64,000 nucleotides of DNA from an uncultured Gammaproteobacteria bacterium (GTDB lineage: Bacteria; Patescibacteriota; Microgenomatia; UBA8517), in assembly GCA_964431555.1 (NCBI GenBank), contig CAYSJW010000004.1, forward strand, positions 9,951-73,950. Reading direction: 5' to 3'. Below, in pieces: positions 1-8,670 of the stretch. A program made the translations under genes and the position numbers. How positions within the stretch are numbered: position 1 is the first letter of the stretch; the number at the start of each line of letters is the position of its first letter. Below the pieces are notes generated by a model. That model worked only from the letters and a program-made list of their open reading frames with translations. It did not search any database and was not told where the DNA came from.

Positions 1-1574
1 TCATTCCAACCTTCTACAACTTTATCCCTCAACTCTTCATATGAGCCTATTACATCAAAGTATCCACATTTTTTGCATTCCCAGATGGGAAGAGCTAGTC
101 CCCAATATCTATTTTTCTTGGAAATTAACCAATCTCCCATATTCGTAAGCCAATCAATTTCTCTTTCCAATCCAAACTCCGGTATCCATTTAATCTTTTT
201 AGCATTATCTATCATTCTCTGGCGGAGCGTTCTTTTATCCTTCTCTCCTTCTTTGATGGAAACTTTATCCATAGCAAGATACCACTCCTCCGTCACTTTC
301 CAAACTAACTCTGTTTTACATCTCCAACACGCCGGGTACCTATGTGTGTACTTTTCAATTTTGTAAGAAAATCCTTTACTTTCCATATAATCAAGAACTA
401 ATCTAGGATTATCTTTCGCATTCTTTCCACTTAAAAAATCAAAACCTTCTAAATATGAAGCGTCATCATTAATTACAGGAATTAAAGGTAAATTTAGTTT
501 TTTACCCAATTTAAAATCCTCAGTTCCCGCAGAAACAGCTGTATGAACCAACCCCGTACCCTCATCTTCACTTATAGGCATGATTAGGTCATCAGTGGGA
601 ATCACCTTATGAAAATAAGGATGAGAAATAAATTTTTTCACAGCGGGCATATAATCAAAAGCACTTCTATAACTCAAGCCCAAGAGTTTACTTCCTTTTA
701 CTTTATCCAAAACCCGATATTTAACCCGATTAAAAACCCTATCTTTAGTACCCTGCGCTAGCCAAAATTTCTTTCCATCCTCCACTTCCACTAAGATGTA
801 ATCAAATTTTTCATCGACTGCGATAGCCACATTTGCAGGTATTGTCCAAGGAGTAGTTGTCCATACTAATAAATATTCATCTTTTCTACCTTCAATTGGA
901 AAAAGCATATATATTGATTCATGTGTTGCCTCCTTGTAATCCTCTGTTAGCATTTCATGCTGGGAAATAGCCGTTTCACATCTTGGACACCAAGGGACAG
1001 AACCATCACCTTTGTAAATCCATCCATTTTCATGACAAACCTTTAAAAAATGCCAAATCATGTAATTATTATCTTCTGATAAGGTGTAATACGAATTATC
1101 CCAATCTGCAAAATAACCCAATCTTTTTGATTGCTCTGTTTGAATGTTCGAGTATCTTTTAACCCTTTCTTTGCAACATTCTACAAACTTTTCTATTCCG
1201 TAATCCTCGATATCTTTTTTACTCTTAAAACCCAATTCCTTTTCTACTTCCACCTCAACCCACAATCCTTGACAATCAAATCCGTTTTGAAATCTTTGCC
1301 TGAAGCCTTTCATATTAAAAAACCTCTGCCATAAATCTTTATATGTCCTACCCCAAGCGTGATGGACTCCCATTGGATTATTTGCCGTTATAGGACCATC
1401 CAAAAAAGAGAAGATTTTCTTGCTCTTTATATTCTTTTGAAGATACCTTTTCAAAATGTTTTTCTCATCCCATCTCTTTAGAATATCTTCCTCCATCTTC
1501 GAAAAGTTCACCCTTACATTTACAGATTCAAAGAACGACCTCTTTCTAAAAACACCCTGCTTTTTATCTTCCAT
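1..1574 (-). CDS. ileS: Isoleucyl-tRNA synthetase, N-terminal ~524 aa; the gene continues past the window start
   Basis: Manual minus-strand translation from ATG at 1574-1572: MEDKKQGVFRK...FLDGPITANNPMGVHHAWGRTYKD (HIGH-region variant), GFDCQGLWVEVEVEK, WCPRCETAISQHEM, WTTTPWTIPANVAIAV, YPACWRCKTELV, NRYWGLALPIW. The WTTTPWT and CWRCKT motifs are typical of IleRS. The frame is open to position 1. The gene is missing from the ORF track because it is edge-truncated. Confidence 0.7.
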   Translation of the reverse strand, partial: MEDKKQGVFRKRSFFESVNVRVNFSKMEEDILKRWDEKNILKRYLQKNIKSKKIFSFLDGPITANNPMGVHHAWGRTYKDLWQRFFNMKGFRQRFQNGFDCQGLWVEVEVEKELGFKSKKDIEDYGIEKFVECCKERVKRYSNIQTEQSKRLGYFADWDNSYYTLSEDNNYMIWHFLKVCHENGWIYKGDGSVPWCPRCETAISQHEMLTEDYKEATHESIYMLFPIEGRKDEYLLVWTTTPWTIPANVAIAVDEKFDYILVEVEDGKKFWLAQGTKDRVFNRVKYRVLDKVKGSKLLGLSYRSAFDYMPAVKKFISHPYFHKVIPTDDLIMPISEDEGTGLVHTAVSAGTEDFKLGKKLNLPLIPVINDDASYLEGFDFLSGKNAKDNPRLVLDYMESKGFSYKIEKYTHRYPACWRCKTELVWKVTEEWYLAMDKVSIKEGEKDKRTLRQRMIDNAKKIKWIPEFGLEREIDWLTNMGDWLISKKNRYWGLALPIWECKKCGYFDVIGSYEELRDKVVEGWN

Positions 1575-1714
1575 ATTGAGGTAATTTTACACTAAATAAA
1601 ATTATCTTGGAAGAACACAACTATGTAAAATATTTTAGGATTTATATTCAATTTACAAACTAAATCTCTTTAACTATCCCAAAATAACCATAATAATATG
1701 CTAATATAAATAAT

Positions 1715-2137
1715 ATGACTTGGTATTTAGCAGCATTTTTCTCAGCCTTATTTGCAGCTTTAACTTCGATTTTGGCAAAAATTGGCATAAAGGATATAGG
1801 TAGCAATCTCGCTACAGCCATAAGAACCACTGTTATATTATTCTTTAGCTGGGGTATAGTTCTCTTTCAAAACTCACTCTCAGATATATCTAAAATAAAT
1901 AAAAATTCTTGGTTATTTCTCATCTTATCAGGAATTGCCACAGGATTATCTTGGCTTTTTTATTTTTACGCTTTAAAGATTGGAGAAGCCAGTAAAGTGG
2001 TACCTATAGACAAACTTAGTTTAGTCATAACAATTATTTTAGCGGGCTTATTACTAAATGAAAAAATATCCTTTCAGGTCATTTTAGGCGCTTTACTTAT
2101 GACTATAGGATCAATCATAATTGCGATTACAAAATAG
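1715..2137 (+). CDS. Small 4-TM EamA/DMT-superfamily membrane protein
   Basis: 140 aa with four hydrophobic helices; composition and length fit a single EamA (DUF6) domain. Confidence 0.45.
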   Translation: MTWYLAAFFSALFAALTSILAKIGIKDIGSNLATAIRTTVILFFSWGIVLFQNSLSDISKINKNSWLFLILSGIATGLSWLFYFYALKIGEASKVVPIDKLSLVITIILAGLLLNEKISFQVILGALLMTIGSIIIAITK

Positions 2138-2157
2138 AAAATTACTAAAAAAACTTC

Positions 2158-2847
2158 TCAAAGAAATTTTAAAAAAGTATACATCTCTTTTTTAATTAAT
2201 TCCTTTCCGTCATTTGCCGGATTATTCACTTTTTTGCTTACAATATTCATCCTCATTTCTTTCTCCGGATATGGTTTTAATAAATCAAATAATCTTTCAA
2301 AGTCTTTATTTTCCTCATTCAACCAGAAATCCTCATCACCTTTTTTAATTATCACAGGCATTCTTCGATGTATTTTTTTAACCAATTTATTTGCCGGGCA
2401 AGTTATTATTGCGCATGTATAATAATCCTTACCCTCCGCATCTAGAAAATCACTATAAACACCGGCAAATCCGAATAATTTCCTTCCCGGAAGATAAAAA
2501 TTAAAAGGGTATTTTTCAATTTTTCCCTCTAGATTAACATTTCCCCACTCATAAAAAGAATCTGCAATAATCAAACACCGCTTATTTAAAAGAAAATTTC
2601 CAAAAAAGGGTTTTTCTTTAAAAGATTCACTTCTCAAATTTATTGTCCCAGAACTCGCACCTCTATTCCAAATTAACCCCCACTTCATTAAAACAACTCT
2701 GTTAGGCGAATTCCTAATTATAACCGGAACTATCTGACTTGGCGCAATATTCCAGCTAGGTTTAAAAGCAAAAAGAGGTAATTTATTTGAAGTTTTAAAC
2801 CTTATATGAATCCTTTTTGGCTGACTTACTGTAAAACGACCACACAT
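2158..2847 (-). CDS. yedK: SRAP (SOS-response-associated peptidase / YedK / HMCES) abasic-site DNA-protein crosslinking protein
   Basis: The protein begins MCGRF (catalytic Cys2 immediately after Met, the SRAP hallmark). Length is 229 aa. Confidence 0.75.
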   Translation of the reverse strand: MCGRFTVSQPKRIHIRFKTSNKLPLFAFKPSWNIAPSQIVPVIIRNSPNRVVLMKWGLIWNRGASSGTINLRSESFKEKPFFGNFLLNKRCLIIADSFYEWGNVNLEGKIEKYPFNFYLPGRKLFGFAGVYSDFLDAEGKDYYTCAIITCPANKLVKKIHRRMPVIIKKGDEDFWLNEENKDFERLFDLLKPYPEKEMRMNIVSKKVNNPANDGKELIKKEMYTFLKFL

Positions 2848-2859
2848 TAGTCTTGCAAT

Positions 2860-3594
2860 CTAAAACGGAATATCTTCTTTAATAGAATTCCCCTTTTGGG
2901 TGCAAATCCGATAATAACACCATTTACAATTTTCAGGATTTTCGGGAGGAACAGGACCGTTTAACAAAGCCGATATTTCTGAAATAAAATTGTAAAATCT
3001 TTCCATATCTTCGGTAATTTCAAACCAGTAAGGCTTTGCTTTAAAAATAACTTCATTTTTGGAAAACATAATTTCTTCAGGGTTGATAGCAACTACACCC
3101 ATCTTGCTAACTTTTTTTGGCTCACCCAAAGCAGGAAACTCCAAGGCAAATTTATAAGCGTGAAGCTGGGCAAAAAATTTTTGAATTTTATCTTCGGTGG
3201 GATCCGTAATTTTAAAATCAACAACACAGTAAGTCCCATTATCCAGCCTTGAAACAATATCAAACCTACCTCCTATAAAACAATCATTTAACGGAGGAAT
3301 TGGTTTTGATTTTAGAAATCCTTCCTTAATTTCTATTTTTCCTGCAGGCATATTAGAATTTATTTCTCTTAAGTCCATGCCTACTATTGCGTTTTGTAAA
3401 AGTATATTCATTTTTGTAAAAACACCCGGAATTCCTATAGATGGAAGTTCTTTGATAAATCCCTTTACCTTTTGGTAATAGCAGTGCTTACAATCCTCGT
3501 ACAAATATTTAAAATCCGATGGGCTTAATTTATACATTGTTACTTTAATGAGTATAAACACAAACCAAAACAAATGCAAAAAAAATAATTTCAC
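2860..3594 (-). CDS. Cas4/RecB-like PD-(D/E)xK nuclease with 4-Cys Fe-S motif (DUF83-like)
   Basis: LSPSDFKYLYEDCKHCYY (Cas4/AddB N-terminal Cys motif); GGRFDIV (motif II Asp); VVDFKIT (D-x-K motif III); QLHAYKF (QxxxY); C-terminal CKWCYYRIC. The true start is probably Met20 (MYKLSPS, about position 3537). It lies 12 bp downstream of the SRAP gene on the same strand. Confidence 0.55.
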   Translation of the reverse strand: MKLFFLHLFWFVFILIKVTMYKLSPSDFKYLYEDCKHCYYQKVKGFIKELPSIGIPGVFTKMNILLQNAIVGMDLREINSNMPAGKIEIKEGFLKSKPIPPLNDCFIGGRFDIVSRLDNGTYCVVDFKITDPTEDKIQKFFAQLHAYKFALEFPALGEPKKVSKMGVVAINPEEIMFSKNEVIFKAKPYWFEITEDMERFYNFISEISALLNGPVPPENPENCKWCYYRICTQKGNSIKEDIPF

Positions 3595-3633
3595 ATTGAC
3601 TTTTCATAAGATAAAGTCATATACTTTAACCAA

Positions 3634-4287
3634 ATGGAAGATGAAAATAAATTAACACCTGCCTCCAAAACCGATAATATTACACAAAACAGGCTACCGA
3701 CAAAATGGATAATAATAGTCCTTTGCCTGATAATTCTTGGTTTAATAAGTTATATCGTCTTTTTAACAGCATCAAACAAAACCTCTAAACCGGCAGTAAC
3801 AGAAATTACACCAACCATAACCCAAGAAATAAAACCAACAGAGGAAATAATTCCAACATCAATAACTCCAACTATAAAATTAACAAATACACCGACTCTA
3901 ACTCCTTCATTAACACCAACTCCTTCATTAACACCAACTCCAACTCTCCAACCAAAAGCCGATCTTTATATAGATGAATATTCTTACAGTCCAGCCCCCA
4001 CACCAGTAAAAGGAGAGGAATTTACTGTAAGAATTGGAATTTATAATAAAGGGAATGCTCCAAGCGGCGCCTTCTACTGGGAATGGTGGCCAACTGCTTA
4101 TAATTACGCTTGTAGGGAAAGAATAGATGGTATTGCCGCAAGAGGAGGAAGAATAGTTACTTGTACATATACCTATGGAGGTTGGGCAAACTATAAAGTA
4201 AAAGCGGTAGTTGATGCCGATAATGAAGTTGACGAAAGTGACGAAACTAATAATGTTAGATCCGAAAACCTAATACCCATACATTAA
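3634..4287 (+). CDS. Membrane-anchored CARDB-domain surface protein with Thr/Pro-rich linker
   Basis: N-terminal TM (WIIIVLCLIILGLISYIVFL). TP-rich linker PTLTPSLTPTPSLTPTPTLQP. CARDB-like motifs YNKGNAPSG and VVDADNEVDESDETNN. Confidence 0.5.
   Translation: MEDENKLTPASKTDNITQNRLPTKWIIIVLCLIILGLISYIVFLTASNKTSKPAVTEITPTITQEIKPTEEIIPTSITPTIKLTNTPTLTPSLTPTPSLTPTPTLQPKADLYIDEYSYSPAPTPVKGEEFTVRIGIYNKGNAPSGAFYWEWWPTAYNYACRERIDGIAARGGRIVTCTYTYGGWANYKVKAVVDADNEVDESDETNNVRSENLIPIH
3901..3936 (+). repeat. Perfect tandem 18-bp repeat x2 (actccttcattaacacca), encoding TPSLTP x2 inside the CARDB protein linker
   Basis: Read directly from the sequence at 3901-3936. Confidence 0.8.
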
Positions 4288-4302
4288 ATTTCCAAGAAAA
4301 AA

Positions 4303-4554
4303 TCAATTAACAACTTTTTCTCCCGATAATATCTCACCCTCACTTTTAAGCAAAATCTCACCCAACCTTTTCAAGAATCTTTTTGCATGATCCTTACTCA
4401 TACCAATCCTAGCAACTATCCTATTCTGATTTGTTGGACCAATTCTCTGCATAACATCAAGAACTACTCCTTCAGTATTTACTATTATATTAATATTGTC
4501 TGTATATAATATCGGAGTGGTATCTAGATTTATACTCACCTTTATATTTTGCAT
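4303..4554 (-). CDS. Small hypothetical protein (83 aa), possibly DUF3467-like
   Basis: Intact ORF convergent with the CARDB gene. There is only a weak resemblance to DUF3467 (VARIGMSKDHAKRFLKRL). Confidence 0.3.
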   Translation of the reverse strand: MQNIKVSINLDTTPILYTDNINIIVNTEGVVLDVMQRIGPTNQNRIVARIGMSKDHAKRFLKRLGEILLKSEGEILSGEKVVN

Positions 4555-4681
4555 ACTCTTTGTCTTATCTTTCAGAATTCTTCACCTCCTCTTCGCACAA
4601 ATAAAATCTCTAAATTTAACCACTATTACAATATAATCCTGCAAAAAAATTGTCCGTTTTTTAAATAACCCAAAAATTCAG

Positions 4682-4711
4682 TTAACAATATGTTTACAGA
4701 TATTGTATAAT
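4682..4711 (+). promoter_or_regulatory. Sigma70-like promoter: -35 TTAACA (4682-4687), 18-bp spacer, TG + -10 TATAAT (4706-4711)
   Basis: Sequence gttaacaatatgtttacagatattgTATAATa. It sits immediately upstream of the hairpin at 4719. Confidence 0.4.
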
Positions 4712-4717
4712 ATTTTA

Positions 4718-4818
4718 AGTGGAATAAAAGGCAAAAACCAATTATTCCACCAGATCCCAAAACCTTAGGTTAAAGATCGAGAAAGAGCTGAGGTAAAATT
4801 CAGCTCTTTCTTTTTACC
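4718..4818 (+). ncRNA. Candidate ~100-nt structured transcript (cis-regulatory leader of yjbQ or a small RNA): hairpin 1 at 4719-4750, hairpin 2 with T-tract at 4781-4818
   Basis: gtggaataa(4719-4727)/ttattccac(4742-4750) form a 9-bp stem. gaaagagctg(4781-4790)/cagctctttc(4801-4810) form a 10-bp stem and are followed by TTTTT. Confidence 0.3.
4781..4818 (+). terminator. Rho-independent terminator: 10-bp GC-containing stem, 10-nt loop, T5 tract
   Basis: gaaagagctg-aggtaaaatt-cagctctttc-tttttacc. Confidence 0.5.
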
Positions 4819-4843
4819 TTATAAAATAGTATAAATCTAGAAA

Positions 4844-5260
4844 ATGAAATCTATAACAAAATATCTAACATTTGAAACAAAAGAAAGAATCGAATTTGTA
4901 AACATCACAAAAGATATACTAAAAATTGTTGATGAAAGTGGAATTACTGAGGGAATTTGCTTAATTAACTCTATGCACATAACCTCATCTATCTTTATCA
5001 ACGACGAAGAAGAGGGTTTGAAAGAAGACTTTAAAAAGTGGTTAGAGAATCTTGCCCCATACTCTCCATCAAGGTACATGCACAATTTAACGGGAGAGGA
5101 TAATGCACATGCTCATTTAAAGCGCACTATTATGGGAAGGGAAGTAGTGGTTGCCATAACCAAAGGTAAATTAGATCTTGGTCCCTGGGAAGAAATCTTT
5201 TATGCAGAGTTTGACGGAAAAAGACCAAAAAAAGTACTTGTAAAATTAATTGGTATTTAG
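4844..5260 (+). CDS. yjbQ: YjbQ/UPF0047-family protein (secondary thiamine-phosphate synthase family)
   Basis: 138 aa with [39 protein letters not shown] and [20 protein letters not shown], matching the YjbQ family pattern. Confidence 0.6.
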   Translation: MKSITKYLTFETKERIEFVNITKDILKIVDESGITEGICLINSMHITSSIFINDEEEGLKEDFKKWLENLAPYSPSRYMHNLTGEDNAHAHLKRTIMGREVVVAITKGKLDLGPWEEIFYAEFDGKRPKKVLVKLIGI

Positions 5261-5338
5261 CTCACCTTCTTTGTCATAGAAAAAAGTCAACCTGCAAAAA
5301 TATTTCCTCCGTATTGAAAAAAATAATAAAATAAAATT

Positions 5339-6406
5339 ATGAAAAAGGCAGTTATTTATAAAAAACTTAGCAATAAAGTTGTAGAATGTTTAGCCTGTAG
5401 CTGGTATTGTAAAATCCCTGAAAATATGGTTGGTCTTTGTGCCACCCGTTACAATATGGGGGGTAATCTTTACTCTCTTGTTTATGGAAGACCGGTGGGG
5501 TTGGCAATCGATCCAGTCGAAAAAAAACCACTTTACCATTTTCTTCCTGGATCAAAAATACTATCTTTTGGCACAGTCGGTTGTAATTTCGGTTGCCTAT
5601 TTTGTCAAAATTTTGAAATGAGCCAAACCAATAAAAACGTCATTAAAAATATTAAAAACAAGAAATATTTAAAAAAAACTTTAGACAAAATCATCGACCA
5701 ATTCTCTTCACAAATGTCACCCATTCAAATAATCAAATTAGCCCTTAAAAACCAAGTACAAGGTATAGCTTATACATATAATGAACCGGCAATTTTTGTC
5801 GAATTTGCATACGAAACTGCAAAACTGGCCAAAAGATATGGCCTTAAAAACATTTACGTATCCAACGGCTTTGAATCACCAGAGGCTTTCTCATATATAA
5901 AAAAATACCTAGATGCTATAAATATAGATCTGAAAAGTTTCAGAAATGAATTTTATAATAAAATATGTTTCTCAAAAATTGAGCCGGTACTTAAAAATAT
6001 TAAAATCTTTTTTAAAAGTGGTATAGAAACAGAAATAACCACTCTCATCATACCAACTCTTAACGACTCTTTAGAAGAATTACAAGATATCGCCAAATTC
6101 TTGGCATCAATTTCAAAAGATATACCTTGGCATATTAGTGCTTTTTATCCAGCTTATAAAATGATTAGCTTCCCTCCAACACCTCATGAAACTTTAGATA
6201 AAGCCTATAAAATTGGTTTAGATCAAGGCTTAAAATATATTTATCAAGGCAATGTTTATAATCCCGAAAAATCTTCCACTTTTTGCCCAAAATGTAAAAT
6301 TTTATTGATAAAAAGGGAAAACTATGATGTAAGTATCGAAAAAATAGATCTAAAAAACGGTCGCTGTTTAAATTGTCATGAAAAGATTTATGGAATCTGG
6401 CATTAG
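5339..6406 (+). CDS. amrS: AmmeMemoRadiSam system radical SAM enzyme
   Basis: CNFGCLFCQN (CxxxCxxC radical SAM cluster). N-terminal Cys-rich ECLACSWYC...GLC. It is followed directly by the Memo and AMMECR1 genes. Confidence 0.75.
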   Translation: MKKAVIYKKLSNKVVECLACSWYCKIPENMVGLCATRYNMGGNLYSLVYGRPVGLAIDPVEKKPLYHFLPGSKILSFGTVGCNFGCLFCQNFEMSQTNKNVIKNIKNKKYLKKTLDKIIDQFSSQMSPIQIIKLALKNQVQGIAYTYNEPAIFVEFAYETAKLAKRYGLKNIYVSNGFESPEAFSYIKKYLDAINIDLKSFRNEFYNKICFSKIEPVLKNIKIFFKSGIETEITTLIIPTLNDSLEELQDIAKFLASISKDIPWHISAFYPAYKMISFPPTPHETLDKAYKIGLDQGLKYIYQGNVYNPEKSSTFCPKCKILLIKRENYDVSIEKIDLKNGRCLNCHEKIYGIWH

Positions 6407-7181
6407 AAAACCAGCTGTTTCAGGAATATTTTACCCTAGTAAAAGCGAACAATTAGCCAGGGATTTAAAAAATTTTTTGGACAAAAGTAAAAAAATAGTC
6501 CCTTCAAAAACAAAAATAAAAGCCTTAATTGTTCCACACGCAGGTTTAATTTATTCTGGCTACACCGCAGCACGTGCCTATAAACAGCTACCTTTAAAAT
6601 TAAAACCTGCCAACTTTATTCTAATTGGTCCAAGCCATCATTATTATTTTAAGGGAATTGCCCAAAGCCGAGCAAAATGCTGGGAAACACCGCTTGGTAA
6701 AGTTACACATAAAACAATTCATTGTAAAAATAAAGACATACTTTTCAACGATAATTACCACGCAAATGAACATTGTCTAGAAGTTCAAATTCCCTTCCTT
6801 CAACATCTATATGGAAAAAAACTAACTATTTCTTGTTTTTTAACTGGACAAATAGATAATTTAGAAAATATAACCGATGAACTTTTAAAATATGAAAAAG
6901 ATAATATTTTTATAATATCCTCCGATCTTTCCCACTATCTACCAAAAAAGGTTGCCGAAGAGAAAGACAAAACTACCATAAATGAAATCTTAAACTTGGA
7001 TACTATTTATTTTAGTCAAAACGACAACACCGCCTGTGGATCAACTGGAATAACTATTCTCTTAGAAATGGCCAAGAAGAAAAACTGGAAAAGAAAAATG
7101 GTTTACTATGACACTTCTGCAACTTATTCTTATAACGTGTTATCTGTTGTGGGTTATACAAGTATAATCTTTTATGTTTAA
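6378..7181 (+). CDS. amrB: Memo-family protein (AmmeMemoRadiSam system protein B)
   Basis: GIFYPS...ALIVPHAGLIYSGYTAARAYK, the Memo1-like motif. It overlaps amrS by 29 nt. Confidence 0.7.
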   Translation: MKRFMESGIRKPAVSGIFYPSKSEQLARDLKNFLDKSKKIVPSKTKIKALIVPHAGLIYSGYTAARAYKQLPLKLKPANFILIGPSHHYYFKGIAQSRAKCWETPLGKVTHKTIHCKNKDILFNDNYHANEHCLEVQIPFLQHLYGKKLTISCFLTGQIDNLENITDELLKYEKDNIFIISSDLSHYLPKKVAEEKDKTTINEILNLDTIYFSQNDNTACGSTGITILLEMAKKKNWKRKMVYYDTSATYSYNVLSVVGYTSIIFYV

Positions 7182-7713
7182 AAATAAAGAAAAACTGGCA
7201 AAATTTGCCATAGAATATTATTTTTACAACAAACAAGAACCAGATATAAAAGAAAACCAAGTATCACCATACTTAAGAAAAATTATTCCCTGTTTTGTTA
7301 CTTTATACATAGACAACAAACTAAGAGGTTGTATAGGAAACTATTCAACTGATCAACCGCTTTTCAAAAACATTATAGAAAATGCAATAAAATCAGCTTT
7401 TTTTGATTTCAGATTCCCACAATTAAGTAAAAACGAACTCCAAAAACTTAAAATAAATGTATCTTGCTTAACCCCCTTAAAAAAACTTAATTTGAAAGAC
7501 AAAGATAAAATTATAAAATATTTAAATAAATACAAACCCGGATTACTGATAAAAAGCAGTTTTAATATCGCATTATTCTTACCTCAGGTGTGGGTCCAAC
7601 TACCTAACGCTAAAGATTTTCTATCGGAACTTTGCCTAAAAGCTGGTTTGTCTTCGAATTACTGGGAAAAAAATAAATGCGATTTGCAATACTTTACTTT
7701 CAAAACCTTCTAA
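7174..7713 (+). CDS. amrA: AMMECR1-domain protein (AmmeMemoRadiSam system protein A)
   Basis: VTLYIDNKLRGCIGNYS: the GCIG motif characteristic of AMMECR1. It overlaps amrB by 8 nt. Confidence 0.7.
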   Translation: MFKNKEKLAKFAIEYYFYNKQEPDIKENQVSPYLRKIIPCFVTLYIDNKLRGCIGNYSTDQPLFKNIIENAIKSAFFDFRFPQLSKNELQKLKINVSCLTPLKKLNLKDKDKIIKYLNKYKPGLLIKSSFNIALFLPQVWVQLPNAKDFLSELCLKAGLSSNYWEKNKCDLQYFTFKTF

Positions 7714-7774
7714 CTTATACCTGCAAAAGTATATTTTAAAATAAAATATCTTACTGCAAGAGAATCTTATGAAT

Positions 7775-8611
7775 TCACTTAAGCGTGTGAACTAATAAAT
7801 ATTTTGTTTCCGCATAACCCCACAGATAATATCCTTCTAAAACAACATTCTTACCAATATTTTTCTCGAATTCCATCCAAACTTCATCATTAAAAGGAGT
7901 AACATTAATCTCTTTTAGGTAAGTTGGTTCCCCAAAAGAAAAGTCTTTGTTTAAATAATCATCATCTAAGATTAGTTTATAATCATAACCTATATCATAC
8001 GAAAGCCTCACAGAATGTTTCAATATTCCTGAAAAGGTAGCCAAAACCATATTATTGATACCGACGAATTCTTCACGATAAGGTTTACACTGTTTCATGT
8101 CTATAGGTGTAATCCTTTCAGGAACTAAAACCGAATTTTTATAACTGTATTGGGTGTTTTTTTGAAATCCTTCAAGAATTAAATTCCATTGAGGTAGTAA
8201 TTTTCCTTCAACTTTAACACATTTTCCCAAATACACCCGACTAAAAAGATCATCAGCCTCTAGGAAAAATCCCAAAATATCCTTATCAAGATTTTCGTTT
8301 TGCAAATCGGTAACCTGATAATTACTTAAATTAAGTTTTAATTTTTTCTTTTCATCCTCATTTAGACCAGAAGTTCTTATAACACCTATGGCAATCACTT
8401 CTCTTTCATTGTCATGCGTATCTCTTACAGTTGAAGGAGAATTTTGATTGGATATTTTAGAATCGGTTAATTTTTTCTCACTTTCAAAAAAATAAAATGA
8501 TTTCTTGGTATTTTCAGTTATGATAGAAAAAATGATAGTCAAGAATAAAAAAAACAATAAAAATAATGACAAAATAAGGTTAAAATTTAAGCCTAATTTT
8601 AACTTCTTCAT
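7775..8611 (-). CDS. Hypothetical signal-anchored/secreted protein
   Basis: N-terminal hydrophobic segment LILSLFLLFFLFLTIIFSII. No recognisable domain by eye. Confidence 0.3.
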   Translation of the reverse strand: MKKLKLGLNFNLILSLFLLFFLFLTIIFSIITENTKKSFYFFESEKKLTDSKISNQNSPSTVRDTHDNEREVIAIGVIRTSGLNEDEKKKLKLNLSNYQVTDLQNENLDKDILGFFLEADDLFSRVYLGKCVKVEGKLLPQWNLILEGFQKNTQYSYKNSVLVPERITPIDMKQCKPYREEFVGINNMVLATFSGILKHSVRLSYDIGYDYKLILDDDYLNKDFSFGEPTYLKEINVTPFNDEVWMEFEKNIGKNVVLEGYYLWGYAETKYLLVHTLK

Positions 8612-8670
8612 AAAATGATTTTACAACAAAATCCCATTTAGCAGAAGGCAATATTTCCCCTATAACACTT

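Noticed and set aside
73-1334. Plus-strand ORFs 73..366 and 1131..1334 from the six-frame track
   Set aside because: Both lie antisense inside the long minus-strand ileS reading frame, which has clear IleRS motifs. They are low-complexity with no motifs, so they are treated as spurious.
2234-2422. 62-aa plus-strand ORF inside the SRAP gene
   Set aside because: Antisense to a well-supported gene (MCGRF SRAP). No features of its own.
2860-3594. Possible CRISPR-Cas locus, suggested by the Cas4-like nuclease
   Set aside because: No direct-repeat/spacer array and no cas1, cas2 or effector genes anywhere in the window. Cas4-like PD-(D/E)xK nucleases also occur outside CRISPR contexts.
4560-4843. 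TPP (thiamine pyrophosphate) riboswitch upstream of yjbQ
   Set aside because: The leader lacks the conserved CUGAGA and ACCUGAUCUGGAUAAUGCCAGCG elements on either strand. Only a generic promoter-hairpin-terminator architecture is supported.
4837-5085. 82-aa minus-strand ORF overlapping yjbQ
   Set aside because: Antisense to the YjbQ-family gene, which has strong family motifs. Likely spurious.
7714-7774. Bidirectional terminator between convergent amrA and the hypothetical secreted protein gene
   Set aside because: Only short, imperfect AT-rich inverted repeats (for example ttcac..gtgaa). There is no convincing GC stem plus U-tract.
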